This document shows, in pieces, positions 11,537-24,810 of a stretch of 64,000 bases of DNA. Under the pieces are notes generated by a model that was not told the origin of the DNA, made no database searches, and saw only the letters and a program-made list of their open reading frames with translations. The stretch lies in NCBI GenBank assembly GCA_963816395.1, contig CAWFKQ010000002.1, positions 45,144 through 109,143 on the forward strand, read 5' to 3'. Both the position numbers and the translations under genes were made by a program. Position 1 is the first letter of the stretch. Each line of letters opens with the position of its first letter. This DNA is from an uncultured delta proteobacterium (GTDB taxonomy: Bacteria > Desulfobacterota > Desulfuromonadia > Desulfuromonadales > JACZKF01).

Positions 11537-12631
11537 GTGTTCGACAGACGATTGCTGACCCATTTCGACTGGGTGCTGCTGCTGCTGGTCGTGCTGGTGG
11601 CGGCCATCGGCATCATCAACTTGTTCAGCGCCACTTCCGCATCGGCAAATGCCCTGCCCGCCTATCTGAAGCAGGTTTACTGGCTCGGGCTCGGTTTGTT
11701 CATCGCGCTGGGGATGTGCGCCTTCGATTACCGTCATCTGGATTATCTTGGTTTTCTGCTTTACGGTCTCAGTATCCTGCTGTTGCTGATCGTTCTGCTG
11801 CTCGGCAAGACCAGCATGGGCGCCACCCGCTGGATCAGCCTCGGCGGCTTCAACCTGCAGCCGAGTGAGATCATGAAAATTGTCATCATCATCACCCTGG
11901 CGCGCTACTTCAGTGCCCGCGACCATTTCAGCGCCTATTCCCTTACGGAACTGGGCGTTCCTTTCCTTCTGCTGAGCCTGCCCGTCCTGCTGATCGTCAA
12001 ACAGCCCGATCTGGGCACGGCCATGCTGCTCATCTTTATCGGCGGGACCATCACCCTGTTCGCCGGGATCCGCCGGCTGACCCTGCTTTGTCTCGGTATC
12101 TCCGGCGGCGCGGGGGTCTTCGGCGGCTGGTTCCTGCTGCACGATTACCAGAAGGAGCGCATCCGCACTTTCCTCGATCCGGAGCGTGATCCCCTGGGTA
12201 CCGGTTACCACATCATCCAGTCGAAGATTGCCGTGGGCAGCGGCGGTTTTTTCGGCCGCGGCTTCATGCATGGAACCCAGTCCCAGCTCTCCTTCCTCCC
12301 CGAGCGGCATACTGATTTCGCATTTTCCGTCTTTGCCGAGGAATGGGGGTTCGCCGGATCCCTGGTGCTGATCCTGCTTTACCTGCTCATCATCATCTGG
12401 GGGATCTATATCGCCCGCCGGGCAGCCGACAAATTCGGCATGCTGCTTGCCCTGGGTGTAGTGGCCATGCTTTTCTGGCATATCGTCGTCAATCTGGGGA
12501 TGGTCATCGGCCTGCTGCCGGTGGTCGGCGTGCCGCTCCCCCTCTTTTCCTACGGCGGCACCAGTATGATCACCACCATGATCGGGGTCGGTCTGCTGCT
12601 GAACGTCAGCATGCGGCGGTTTAAGTTTTAA
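11537..12631 (+). CDS. rodA: SEDS peptidoglycan polymerase RodA
   Basis: QPSEIMK, QPDLGT, LPERHTDF, SYGGTS. Confidence 0.97.
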   Translation: MFDRRLLTHFDWVLLLLVVLVAAIGIINLFSATSASANALPAYLKQVYWLGLGLFIALGMCAFDYRHLDYLGFLLYGLSILLLLIVLLLGKTSMGATRWISLGGFNLQPSEIMKIVIIITLARYFSARDHFSAYSLTELGVPFLLLSLPVLLIVKQPDLGTAMLLIFIGGTITLFAGIRRLTLLCLGISGGAGVFGGWFLLHDYQKERIRTFLDPERDPLGTGYHIIQSKIAVGSGGFFGRGFMHGTQSQLSFLPERHTDFAFSVFAEEWGFAGSLVLILLYLLIIIWGIYIARRAADKFGMLLALGVVAMLFWHIVVNLGMVIGLLPVVGVPLPLFSYGGTSMITTMIGVGLLLNVSMRRFKF

Positions 12632-12632
12632 G

Positions 12633-12732
12633 GGCAGGCGAGAGGCAAGAGGCTTGAGGCAAGAGGAAATCCCTTTTTCACCTTTTTCCTGAAGGGCTTC
12701 CTCCCAGCCTCGCGTCTCCAGCCTCTTGCCTG
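12633..12732. repeat. Heptamer-based inverted repeat (AGGCNAG family)
   Basis: AGGCGAG AGGCAAG AGGCTTG AGGCAAG ... CCAGCCT CGCGTCT CCAGCCT CTTGCCT. Confidence 0.75.
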
Positions 12733-12771
12733 ATATACTTGTCACCTCTCTTGCCAACTTGGAGCCGCGCG

Positions 12772-13788
12772 ATGAAAGAAGCGATGTTCTGGGAAAAGGC
12801 GGCGGCAGGGAAGGTGAAATGCTCCCTCTGCCGTTTCCGCTGCCTGATCGCCGAGGGCCATCGGGGGGTCTGCGGCGTGCGGGAGAACCGCGAGGGAACC
12901 CTGTTCACCCTCGTCTACGGCAAAAGCATCGCCGAGCACGTCGATCCGATCGAGAAAAAGCCGCTGTTCCATTACCACCCCGGTTCCCAAAGCTTCTCGG
13001 TCGCCACCGCCGGCTGCAATTTCCGCTGTCTGCACTGCCAGAACTACCAGATCTCCCAGCTTCCTCTGACGCACCGGCCGATTCTCGGTGACAACCTGCC
13101 GCCGGCGGAGATCGTCCGCCGCGCCCGGGAAGCCGGCTGCCGCAGTATTTCCTATACCTATACCGAGCCGACTATTTTCTACGAATACGCCTTCGATACG
13201 GCGGTGCCTGCTCACCGGGAAGGGCTCGGCAATGTTTTCGTGACCAACGGCTACATCACCGAAGAAGCCTTGACGCACATTGCTCCTTACCTGGATGCCG
13301 CCAACGTGGACCTCAAGGGGTTTTCCGAAAAGTTTTACCGGGAGATCGCCGGTGCGACCCTGCAGGGCGTGCTCGATTCGCTGCGAGTCTACAAACGGCT
13401 GGGGATCTGGCTGGAGATCACAACCCTGATCATCCCTGGTCACAACGACAGCGAGACCGACCTGCGCGGCATCGCCCGCTTCATCGCCGAGGAACTCGGA
13501 GTCGAAACCCCCTGGCATGTTACCGCCTTCTATCCGACCTACCGCCTGCTCGATACCCCCCCCACGCCGGTGGAAACCTTGCGCTGGGCCCGTCGGATCG
13601 GCCAGGAGGCCGGCCTGAAATACGTCTATGAAGGGAATGTGCCTGGGGAGGGGGGCGAAAACACCTTCTGCCCCGGCTGCGGCCGGCCGGTCATCGAGCG
13701 TACGGGCTTTCGCCTGGGAACGGTTTCCCTCCGCGAGGGGCGCTGCGCTTTCTGCGCGACGCCGATCGCCGGCATCGGCCTGCCGTAA
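12772..13788 (+). CDS. amrS: AmmeMemoRadiSam system radical SAM enzyme (PFL-activase-like)
   Basis: CSLCRFRC N-terminal motif, DPIEKKPLFH, GCNFRCLHCQN (CxxxCxxC), YTYTEP, C-terminal CPGC/CAFC. Confidence 0.9.
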   Translation: MKEAMFWEKAAAGKVKCSLCRFRCLIAEGHRGVCGVRENREGTLFTLVYGKSIAEHVDPIEKKPLFHYHPGSQSFSVATAGCNFRCLHCQNYQISQLPLTHRPILGDNLPPAEIVRRAREAGCRSISYTYTEPTIFYEYAFDTAVPAHREGLGNVFVTNGYITEEALTHIAPYLDAANVDLKGFSEKFYREIAGATLQGVLDSLRVYKRLGIWLEITTLIIPGHNDSETDLRGIARFIAEELGVETPWHVTAFYPTYRLLDTPPTPVETLRWARRIGQEAGLKYVYEGNVPGEGGENTFCPGCGRPVIERTGFRLGTVSLREGRCAFCATPIAGIGLP

Positions 13789-13933
13789 CCGGCCGGCCAA
13801 CGATGTGGCGCGGTTACACGTCTGCCCAGGGCCGGGACCGGACCAGAGAGATTTGACACCTCGCCGCCTCCTGCTAAATTCATTAGAAGAACGAGAGCAT
13901 TTGCTGCCGATCCCCCTGGAAGGAGGAGAGCGA

Positions 13934-14288
13934 ATGGCGGAGGATACACAACAGGCGCTGGAGGATCTGGTCAGGCCCCTATTCCGATCCGACGCCATGG
14001 TCAAGACCGTCGAGAATGAGGGAGGCTGCTTGATTTCCGCCTCCTGGCGGCTGGGTTCGCACCGCATGGACAACTGGTCGCGGGAAATTCAGATCCTTAT
14101 TCCCCGGGAAGTGACCGCGCGTTTCGCCAAGCTGAACGACAAAGGACGCAGCAAAGCCAAGCGCCAACCTGGTCTCCTTCGTCAAACTGAAGCTCTCCGA
14201 TTTTCATCCCGAACATGACCGGCCCCGTTATCTCCTGCCGCCCGTGGAAGCCTGGCCGGTGCGCTACGAGGATATTTTCCCGAAATAG
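13934..14288 (+). CDS. Hypothetical protein; probable indel ~14163
   Basis: AGGAGG RBS and upstream TTGACA...TGCTAAAT promoter; MAEDTQQALEDLVRPLF... continues after the shift as NLVSFVKLKLSDFHPEHD...IFPK*. Confidence 0.6.
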
Positions 14289-14377
14289 AAACGGCGAAGC
14301 AGGTGGGAGATGGAAAATTCGAGGCTGATGGTGAACAGGAGGATGAGGTCGAATCCGGCCATCGATTCCACTTGGCG

Positions 14378-15718
14378 TCAATCCGCAGGGTCTTCCTGCG
14401 CCGCGCCGTTTTTGCGCCCGCCCCGACGCAGTTCCTCCCAGTAGCGCAGGCGCTCGCCGATGAGCTTCTCGTAGCCCCGCTCGACAGGCTGGTAGAAGCG
14501 CCGGCCCTGCAGGGCTTCCGGCAGATGCTCCTGGGGCAGATAACCCTGCTCGGAATCGTGGGCATAGCGGTAATTCCTGCCGTAGCCCAGTTCTTTCATC
14601 AGGCGGGTGGGGGCATTGCGAATATGCAGCGGTACCGGCAGGGCGCCGCTCCGACGCACCTCCGCCAGGGCTTGCTCAATGCCGCGATAGGAGGCGTTGC
14701 TTTTCGGTGCAGTGGCCAGGTAAGTCACCGCCTGGGCCAGGTTTATGCGCCCCTCGGGCAGCCCGACGAAATGTACGGCCTGCTGCACCGTCATCGCAAC
14801 CTGCAGGGCACGCGGATCGGCGTTGCCGACATCCTCGGAGGCGAAGATCACCATCCGCCGGGCGATGAACAGGGGATCTTCGCCGGCCTCCAGCATCCGC
14901 GCCAGCCAGTAAAGCGCGGCATCAGGATCGGAGCCGCGCAGGCTTTTGATGAAGGCGGAGATGACATTGTAGTGCTCCTCTGCTCCCTTGTCGTAGAGCA
15001 AAGCTTTTTTCTGCAGCGCTTCCTGAAAGTCCGTCGTCGTGATCTCGCCAGCAGCAGCTGCTGCCGCCACTTCCAGGGTGTTGAGGGCAATGCGGGCATC
15101 GCCATGCGCTTGCTCAGCCAGCCAGTCGAGGGCTTCTCCGGCCACCTGCAGTTTCTCCTCCGCCAGCCCTCGCGGGTCGGTGAGGGCGCGGCGCAGAAGG
15201 ATGCCGATCGCCGCCGGGTCCAGGGGGTGCAGGACGAAAACCCGGGAACGGGAAAGGAGAGCGGAGTTGACCTCGAAGGAGGGGTTTTCGGTGGTGGCGC
15301 CGATGAGGATGATGTCCCCGCGTTCCACATAGGGGAGGAAGGCATCCTGCTGCGCCTTGTTGAAACGATGGATTTCGTCAACGAAAAGCAAGGTCTTGCG
15401 CCCGTGGAACGCCTTCTCCTCTTTTGCCCGGGCGACGATCTCCCGCACCTCTTTTACCCCTTGCAGGACAGCGGAGAAGAAGATCAGGCGACTGGCGGTG
15501 GCGTGCGCAATGACCTGGCCGAGTGTCGTTTTGCCGGTCCCCGGCGGTCCCCAGAAAATTACTGAAGAGAGACGGTCGGTTTCGATCAACCGGCGCAGCA
15601 CCTTGCCTTCTCCGAGCAGGTGCTCCTGCCCTACCATTTCTTCAAGGGTGCGAGGGCGCAGTCTCTCGGCCAGGGGAATATCTCCCGCAGCCCTGCCTCC
15701 CTGCTCAAAAAGGTCCAT
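14378..15718 (-). CDS. rarA: Replication-associated recombination protein A (MgsA/RarA AAA+ ATPase)
   Basis: PLAERLRP, GPPGTGKT, DEIHRFNKAQQD, ATTENPSF, SLRGSDPDAA. Confidence 0.97.
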   Translation of the reverse strand: MDLFEQGGRAAGDIPLAERLRPRTLEEMVGQEHLLGEGKVLRRLIETDRLSSVIFWGPPGTGKTTLGQVIAHATASRLIFFSAVLQGVKEVREIVARAKEEKAFHGRKTLLFVDEIHRFNKAQQDAFLPYVERGDIILIGATTENPSFEVNSALLSRSRVFVLHPLDPAAIGILLRRALTDPRGLAEEKLQVAGEALDWLAEQAHGDARIALNTLEVAAAAAAGEITTTDFQEALQKKALLYDKGAEEHYNVISAFIKSLRGSDPDAALYWLARMLEAGEDPLFIARRMVIFASEDVGNADPRALQVAMTVQQAVHFVGLPEGRINLAQAVTYLATAPKSNASYRGIEQALAEVRRSGALPVPLHIRNAPTRLMKELGYGRNYRYAHDSEQGYLPQEHLPEALQGRRFYQPVERGYEKLIGERLRYWEELRRGGRKNGAAQEDPAD

Positions 15719-15860
15719 CTCCAGGTCTCCAGAGGTCAAACGGAAGAAATCACTATACGCCCGCTGCTACCCCCGTGCAAGGCCGTAAACCAGCGAAAGC
15801 GATAGACTTCACCGGAGGCGTGTGCTACATTTCAGCAGTTTTCGGAGGAGTGGGAAGAGC

Positions 15861-16719
15861 ATGAAGCGGATCGGAATCTACGCCAAGCGCAACCACCCCG
15901 ACGCGGTGCGGATAGCCCGGGAGGTCGCCGATTGGCTGCAGGAGCGGGGGATCGAAGTTTTCTTCGACAACCCTTTGGCCGAGGAGATCGGCAAGGGCGT
16001 TCCCGGATACCCTGGCGGCTCCATCCCGGCCATGGTCGACCTGATCATCGTCCTTGGCGGCGACGGCACCCTGATTTCGGTGGCCCGCCTGGTGGGCGAT
16101 CTGCGTACCCCCATTCTCGGCGTTAATCTGGGAAGCCTCGGTTTTCTCACCGAAATCACCCTGGGGGAGATCTATCCTATCCTGGAGCAGGTGGTCCAGG
16201 GAGAGTTCACCGTTTCCAGCCGCATGATGCTCGAGGCGGTAGTGCGCCGGGGCTCTCTGGAGACCGGTCGCTACCGCGTCCTGAACGATGTGGTGATCAA
16301 CAAGGGGGCGCTGGCCCGCATCATCGACATGGAGGCCTGGGTGGATGAGGCCTACCTGACCACGTTCAAGGCGGACGGCCTGATTATTGCCTCTCCTACG
16401 GGCTCCACTGGTTACAATCTTGCAGCCGGCGGCCCGATTATCTATCCCGGGCCTGAACTGTCTGGTCGTCTCCCCTATCTGTCCGCACATGCTGACTAAT
16501 CGGCCGATCATCGTTTCCGACCGGTCGGTTATCCGCGTGGAGGTCAAATTCCAGGACGAGGACGTGGTGTTCACCGCCGATGGGCAGGTGGGCATGCCTC
16601 TGCTGGGGGGCGATGTGGTCGAAGTCAGGAAATCGCGCAGCAACACCCTGCTGGTGAAAAGTCCGACCAAAGACTATTTCGAGGTGCTGCGCACCAAACT
16701 GAGATGGGGGGAGAGATGA
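15861..16719 (+). CDS. nadK: NAD(+) kinase; apparent frameshift ~16450
   Basis: GGDGT, NLGSLGFL, LND, DGLIIASPTGSTGYNLAAGGP, then PICPHMLTNRP in the next frame. Confidence 0.95.
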
Positions 16720-16723
16720 ATCT

Positions 16724-16812
16724 CAGGCAGGGCTGAGGCAAGAGGCAGAGGAGAACCTAGCCTTCAGGCCCTTGCCCCTCCCTCCTGCCCCTTGCCTCTA
16801 GCCGCTTGCCTG
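16724..16812. repeat. Heptamer-based inverted repeat (AGGCNAG family)
   Basis: aggcagggctgaggcaagaggcagagg ... ccttgcctctagccgcttgcct. Confidence 0.65.
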
Positions 16813-16821
16813 GGATTTCTT

Positions 16822-18484
16822 ATGCTTATCGAACTGGCCATCCGCAACTTCGCTATTATCGATCGCCTGCAGGTGCGTTTCAGCCGGGGTTTCAGCGTTC
16901 TCACCGGCGAGACGGGCGCAGGCAAGTCGATCATCATCGACGCCGTCGGTCTGCTCCTCGGCGAGCGGGCGCGTCCCGAACTGATCCGTACCGGGGAGGA
17001 GGAGGCGACGGTGGAAGCGCTGTTCGATCTTTCTGCCAGGCCGGAGGTGCGTCGGGAATTGGCGGAAGCCGGTTTCGATGGGGAGGAGGAACTGCTGGCC
17101 AAACGGGTGATCTCGCGCGGCGGTAAAAACCGGGTTTATATTAACGGCTCCCTGGCCAAGCTGGCCCAGTTGGAGAGTGTTGTCGCGCAGTTGATTGCCA
17201 TCTATGGTCAGCATGAGCACCAGCAGTTGCAGCGGACCGAAATTCATTTGGCGCTCCTCGACAGGTTCGCCGGTCTGGAAGGGGAGGTCGGCGCTTACCG
17301 GCACTTTTACCAGGAGGTTTCGGAAGCGGCGGAACGCCTGCGACAGTTGACGGAGGCAGAGCGTGAGCGACAGCACCGACTTGACCTGCTGGGTTTCCAG
17401 AGCCGGGAGATTGCCGGCGCTGGACTGCGGGAAGGGGAGGACGAAGAATTGCAGGCGGAGCGACTGCTGCTGCAGAACTCCGGCCGCCTTTCAACGGCCG
17501 CGGAGGGAGGGTATGACATCCTTTACGGCGCCGAGGGGGCGATATGCGAGCGTTTGGGCGCAGTTGCCAACGATCTTGAGGAGCTGACCGCCATCGAGCC
17601 CCGGTTCACAGAACTGGCGGAGACACTCCGCAGCTGTCTCTACTCCCTGGAGGATGCGGCCGGCCAGTTGCGCGGCTATGCTGGGCACATAGCATTCGAC
17701 CCAGAGCGGCAGGCCCGGGTGGAGGAGCGGCTGGCTCAAATCGCTAGCCTGAAGCGCAAGTATGCCCCAACTCTTGGCGAAATTCTTCGTTGCCAACAGG
17801 AGATCGACCGGGAACTCGGGGAACTGACCGACGCCGAATCGGTTCGCGAGGGGTTACAGAAGAAGATAATGGTCGCCCGCGAGCGTCTGCTGCTGGCCGG
17901 CAAGACCTTGTCCGCCGCTCGCCTGCAGGCAGGCCGCGCGGCTGCGGCAGTCGGTCGAAGCGGAACTGAAGGATCTCGCTCTGGATAAGGCTCACTTCGA
18001 AATTCGCTTCTTCCCTTTGACCGAACCGGGCCCCCAGGGACTGGAACGGGGGGAATTCTACCTCGCCCCCAACCCCGGGGAAGAGCCGCGGCCGTTGGCC
18101 TGGATCGCCTCAGGGGGAGAGCTCTCGCGCATCATGCTGGCGATCAAGAGGGCGGCGCCTGAGAGCGAGGGCATTCCGACCCTGGTTTTCGATGAGGTCG
18201 ATGCCGGTATCGGCGGCGCGGCCGCCACCGCGGTCGGCCAGAAACTGGCAGGAGTGGCTCAAGGTGCTCAGGTACTCTGCATTACCCATTTGCCGCAGGT
18301 AGCCGCTTTCGCCGATAATCATTACCAGGTGGAAAAACGCGAAGAGGAAGGGCGGACCCTGACTTCAGTGGTGCGCCTGGGTGAAGAAGAGCGGGTCCGG
18401 GAGATGGCGCGCATGCTCGGAGGTGCCCGGGTGACGGAGCGCACCTTGGAACACGCGCGGGAAATCATTGCCCAGTCGCGCTGA
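16822..18484 (+). CDS. recN: DNA repair protein RecN; apparent frameshift ~17935
   Basis: LTGETGAGKS, GQHEHQ, ASGGELSR, FDEVDAG, ITHLPQVAA; follows nadK. Confidence 0.95.
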
Positions 18485-18549
18485 TTTTGCCCAAAAACGT
18501 TCCCTTTCCGGTCAAATAACCGGACCGCCCAGGCCGAGGAGCCGTCTGC

Positions 18550-18999
18550 ATGATCCGCAAAGCGCGTATTCCGGATGCCAGGTCCATTCACAAGCTGCTC
18601 ACCGATTATGCCCGGGAGGGGCTGATGCTCCCCCGTTCCCTCTCCGATATCTACGAGACGATCCGGGATTTTTATGTCTTTGAGGAGTCCGGCCGGGTGG
18701 TGGGGACGGTTTGTCTGCACATCTGCTGGGAAGATCTGGCCGAGGTTCGTTCTCTGGCGGTAGCTGCGGATGCCGGTCGGCGGGGGATCGGTCGCCAGTT
18801 GGTTAAGGCCTGTCTTGAAGAGGCCCGAACCATCGGCGTACGGCGCGTTTTCGCTCTAACCTACCAGCAAATCTTTTTCGAAAAGCTTGGCTTTAGCCTC
18901 ATTGATAAATCTGAACTGCCGCATAAAATCTGGGGAGATTGTCTGAAGTGCGCAAAATTCCCCGATTGTGACGAAATTTCCATGAGTTTTGATCTTTAA
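18550..18999 (+). CDS. GNAT N-acetyltransferase, short ArgA-like N-acetylglutamate synthase
   Basis: MLPRS, LAEVRSLAV, VFALTY, LPHKIWGDCLKC; argJ nearby. Confidence 0.8.
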   Translation: MIRKARIPDARSIHKLLTDYAREGLMLPRSLSDIYETIRDFYVFEESGRVVGTVCLHICWEDLAEVRSLAVAADAGRRGIGRQLVKACLEEARTIGVRRVFALTYQQIFFEKLGFSLIDKSELPHKIWGDCLKCAKFPDCDEISMSFDL

Positions 19000-19126
19000 T
19001 GGCATTTTTATTGCTCCTCATTCCAGAGAAAAATTTTCCTGGCGAGAGCCAAAAGGGTTGACAGGTGCAGGAAAGATGCTTTATTAAATCTTGAATTTTC
19101 ATTAAATCGCCGGCTGCCGCCGGTTT

Positions 19127-20008
19127 TTGAAGGAGGGTTTTTTGTCGGCCAGGAAGTTTACCGTCCTCGTCATTCCGGAGGGTTCCCACCGCGTTCGGCG
19201 CTTCAGCCTCCGCCGCGGGATGCTGCAGGCTTGTCTCGCGGCCGTCCTGGGGCTGATCCTGGCGATTTCCCTGCTGGCCTACGATTATTTCAACACCAGT
19301 CTCGATCGGAGTGAACTGCACCGGCTCAAGGCCCAGAACCGCCTCCAGCAGAAAGAATTGCAACGGTTCACCGCCAGCATCGAGGATCTGCGCAAAGAGA
19401 TGGTCGTCCTTTCTCAGAATGATGCCAAGGTCCGGGTGCTGGCCCGGTTGTCGAAACCCCGCTCAGATGCGCTGACTGGGATGGGCGGACCGGCCGAGGA
19501 GGAAGGCACCGACTTCTCCAGCCTGCAGCAGCAGATCGATGCGATGCGGGCAGCCATTGATCTGCGGAGGGAAAGCCAGGAGGAAATCCAGGGTTTTCTT
19601 AATGACCAGCGCTCCCTGCTGGCAGCCAAGCCCAAAGGGTGGCCTGTCAAGGGGTGGGTTACTTCCGGCTTCGGCATGCGCCATTCCCCATTCACCGGCA
19701 AATTGAAAATGCACGAGGGGTTGGATATCGCCGCCCGCACCGGCACCTCGGTGGGTGCCGCCGCCGACGGCATCGTCAGCCAGGCGGAAACCGTTCCCGG
19801 CTACGGCAAGCTGGTGGTTATCGATCACGGCTACGGCTTCAAGACTTATTACGGGCACAACTCCAAGATCTTCGTCAAGGTCGGCCAGCGGGTGAATCGT
19901 GGAGATAAGATCTCCGCGGTCGGCAGCACCGGCAGCTCAACCGGCCCCCATCTCCATTATGAGGTCCGCCTGAACGGCGTTCCCCTCAACCCGAAAAAGT
20001 ACATCTGA
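19127..20008 (+). CDS. M23 family metallopeptidase with TM and coiled coil
   Basis: HEGLD (HxxxD), [13 protein letters not shown]; start codon uncertain. Confidence 0.9.
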   Translation: MKEGFLSARKFTVLVIPEGSHRVRRFSLRRGMLQACLAAVLGLILAISLLAYDYFNTSLDRSELHRLKAQNRLQQKELQRFTASIEDLRKEMVVLSQNDAKVRVLARLSKPRSDALTGMGGPAEEEGTDFSSLQQQIDAMRAAIDLRRESQEEIQGFLNDQRSLLAAKPKGWPVKGWVTSGFGMRHSPFTGKLKMHEGLDIAARTGTSVGAAADGIVSQAETVPGYGKLVVIDHGYGFKTYYGHNSKIFVKVGQRVNRGDKISAVGSTGSSTGPHLHYEVRLNGVPLNPKKYI

Positions 20009-20169
20009 CTCCATCCAGACAGAAATTTAACCTGAGTTGCCGGGCCGGTTCGAACCGGGCGGGAGAGGTGTTTCTTCCTTGTGGGGGGGCGGGGGGTATG
20101 CTAGACTTTGCGGGTTTCACCGGCAGGGGCAAATCCCCCTTTCCGCGATACCCTTTGGAGACGGGCTTA

Positions 20170-22854
<2,685 letters not shown>

Positions 22855-22898
22855 GTTTCGGGTAGTTGTTCTAGTCGATCCCTGGGGAGTGCGTGGCC

Positions 22899-24101
22899 AT
22901 GAGCGATAGGAAGGAATTCCGCGGGGTAAAGGGGTTCAAATTTGCTGCCCGCCCGGCCGGCCTGAAGAAATCGGGCAAGCCGGACCTGGCCATGATCTAT
23001 TCGGAAGTGCCCGCCAGCTGTGCCGGAGTGTTTACTACCAACCGGGTGGTGGCAGCGCCGGTGGTGGTCACCATTCCCCGTATCCGGGGCGGTCTCTGCC
23101 AGGCGGTACTGGTCAACAGCGGCAATGCCAATGCCTGCACCGGCGAAGCCGGCCTGCGGGATGCCTTACGCTGCGGCGAGTTGGCGGCGCACGCCCTGGG
23201 AATTCCGGAGGAACTGGTGGCTGTTTCCTCCACCGGGGTGATCGGAACCCCTTTGCCGATGGACAAATTTGAGCGGCATGTGCCTCTCATGGCTGGGGAT
23301 CTGGCGGCCGAGCGGGTCGAGGAGATGGCCCGGGCGATAATGACCACCGATTCCTTCCCCAAACTGGCCTCCGTCCGGGGAAGCGCCGGTGGTTATGAGT
23401 ACACAGTGCTTGGCGTAGCCAAGGGTGCGGGAATGATCCACCCTAACATGGCCACCATGCTCGCCTTCGTCCTCACCGATGCCCGGGTGGCCGCCGGCTT
23501 TCTCCAGGAAGCTTTGCGGGAGGCTGTTGACCATTCGTTCAACTGCATCACTGTCGATGGCGATACCTCCACCAATGACATGGTGCTGCTCCTCGCTAAC
23601 GGGGCGGCGGAAACCCCCGAGATCGGTGGCGGTACGGCCGAAAGCCAGCTCTTCGGGGAGCTTCTGCAGGCGGTTCTGCTCGATCTTGCCAAAATGATCG
23701 TCCGTGATGGCGAGGGAGCGACCAAGCTGGTGCAGATCCGCGTACAGGGGGCGAGAGACGCCGCCGAGGCCCATCTGGCAGCCCGCAGCGTCGCCACTTC
23801 CAGCCTGGTGAAGACCGCCTTTTTTGGCGAGGATGCCAATTGGGGCCGGATTATCGCCGCTGTCGGCTATTCCGGCGCCCAGGTGGATCCCGACCGGATC
23901 GTCATCCTCTTTGATGACGTGCCGGTGGTCCGAGACGGCATCTCCACCGGCAAGGAGCTCGAGGAGCGGGCGACGGCCGTGCTCAAGACCGCCGAGTTCA
24001 CCGTTACCATTGATCTGCAGCAGGGGGATGGTGAAGCGGTCTACTACACCTCCGACCTCACTTATGACTACATAAAAATCAACGCCGCCTACCGGACCTG
24101 A
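22899..24101 (+). CDS. argJ: Bifunctional ornithine acetyltransferase/N-acetylglutamate synthase
   Basis: NSGNANA, STGVIG, KGAGMIHPNMATML (autocleavage site), DGDTSTND, DGEGATK. Confidence 0.98.
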   Translation: MSDRKEFRGVKGFKFAARPAGLKKSGKPDLAMIYSEVPASCAGVFTTNRVVAAPVVVTIPRIRGGLCQAVLVNSGNANACTGEAGLRDALRCGELAAHALGIPEELVAVSSTGVIGTPLPMDKFERHVPLMAGDLAAERVEEMARAIMTTDSFPKLASVRGSAGGYEYTVLGVAKGAGMIHPNMATMLAFVLTDARVAAGFLQEALREAVDHSFNCITVDGDTSTNDMVLLLANGAAETPEIGGGTAESQLFGELLQAVLLDLAKMIVRDGEGATKLVQIRVQGARDAAEAHLAARSVATSSLVKTAFFGEDANWGRIIAAVGYSGAQVDPDRIVILFDDVPVVRDGISTGKELEERATAVLKTAEFTVTIDLQQGDGEAVYYTSDLTYDYIKINAAYRT

Positions 24102-24135
24102 TCCGATCAGGTGCATCAGCTATTCACCGATTGCA

Positions 24136-24810
24136 ATGAACTCCTTCCTGAATCCGGCGCGTTTTATCGATCATACCCTGCTCAAGGCCGAGGCCACTTC
24201 GGAGCAGATCGTCAGGCTGTGCGAGGAAGCCGTGGAGCATGGTTTCGCCGCGGTCTGCGTGCCTCCCGTCCAGGTTCCCCTGGCGGCGGCACGGCTGTAC
24301 GGATCGGAAGTGGCGGTGGCGACCGTCGTCTCTTTTCCTCTCGGCTATGAGCCAGTCGCCGTCAAGGCCTTTGCCGCCGGCCGGGCGGTAGCGAGCGGGG
24401 CCGGGGAAATCGACATGGTGATCCATCTGGGCGCGGTCCGGGAAGGGCGGCTGGATGTGGTCCAGGGGGAAATCGCTGAGGTGGTGAGGTCTTCCCACGG
24501 AGCAGCGGTGAAGGTCATTCTAGAATGCTGCTTCCTCGATAATGCACTGAAAATGGCACTGATGGAGCGGGCGATTGCCGCTGGCGCTGCTTTTGTCAAG
24601 ACATCTACCGGCTTCGGCCCGAGCGGCGCCACCGAGATGGATGTGCGTCTGCTGGCCGGGGCGGCAGCCGGGCGTATCGGCGTCAAGGCGGCTGGCGGTA
24701 TTCGAGACTGGCCCTTCTGCTGCCAGCTTCTGGCCGCCGGGGCCAGCCGCATAGGAACCAGTGCTGGGCCGCAGATCATCCGCCAGTGGCGGCAGGAGCA
24801 GGGGCTGTGA
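24136..24810 (+). CDS. deoC: Deoxyribose-phosphate aldolase
   Basis: IDHTLLK, EIDMV, KVILE, FVKTSTGF, KAAGGIR, RIGTS. Confidence 0.97.
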   Translation: MNSFLNPARFIDHTLLKAEATSEQIVRLCEEAVEHGFAAVCVPPVQVPLAAARLYGSEVAVATVVSFPLGYEPVAVKAFAAGRAVASGAGEIDMVIHLGAVREGRLDVVQGEIAEVVRSSHGAAVKVILECCFLDNALKMALMERAIAAGAAFVKTSTGFGPSGATEMDVRLLAGAAAGRIGVKAAGGIRDWPFCCQLLAAGASRIGTSAGPQIIRQWRQEQGL

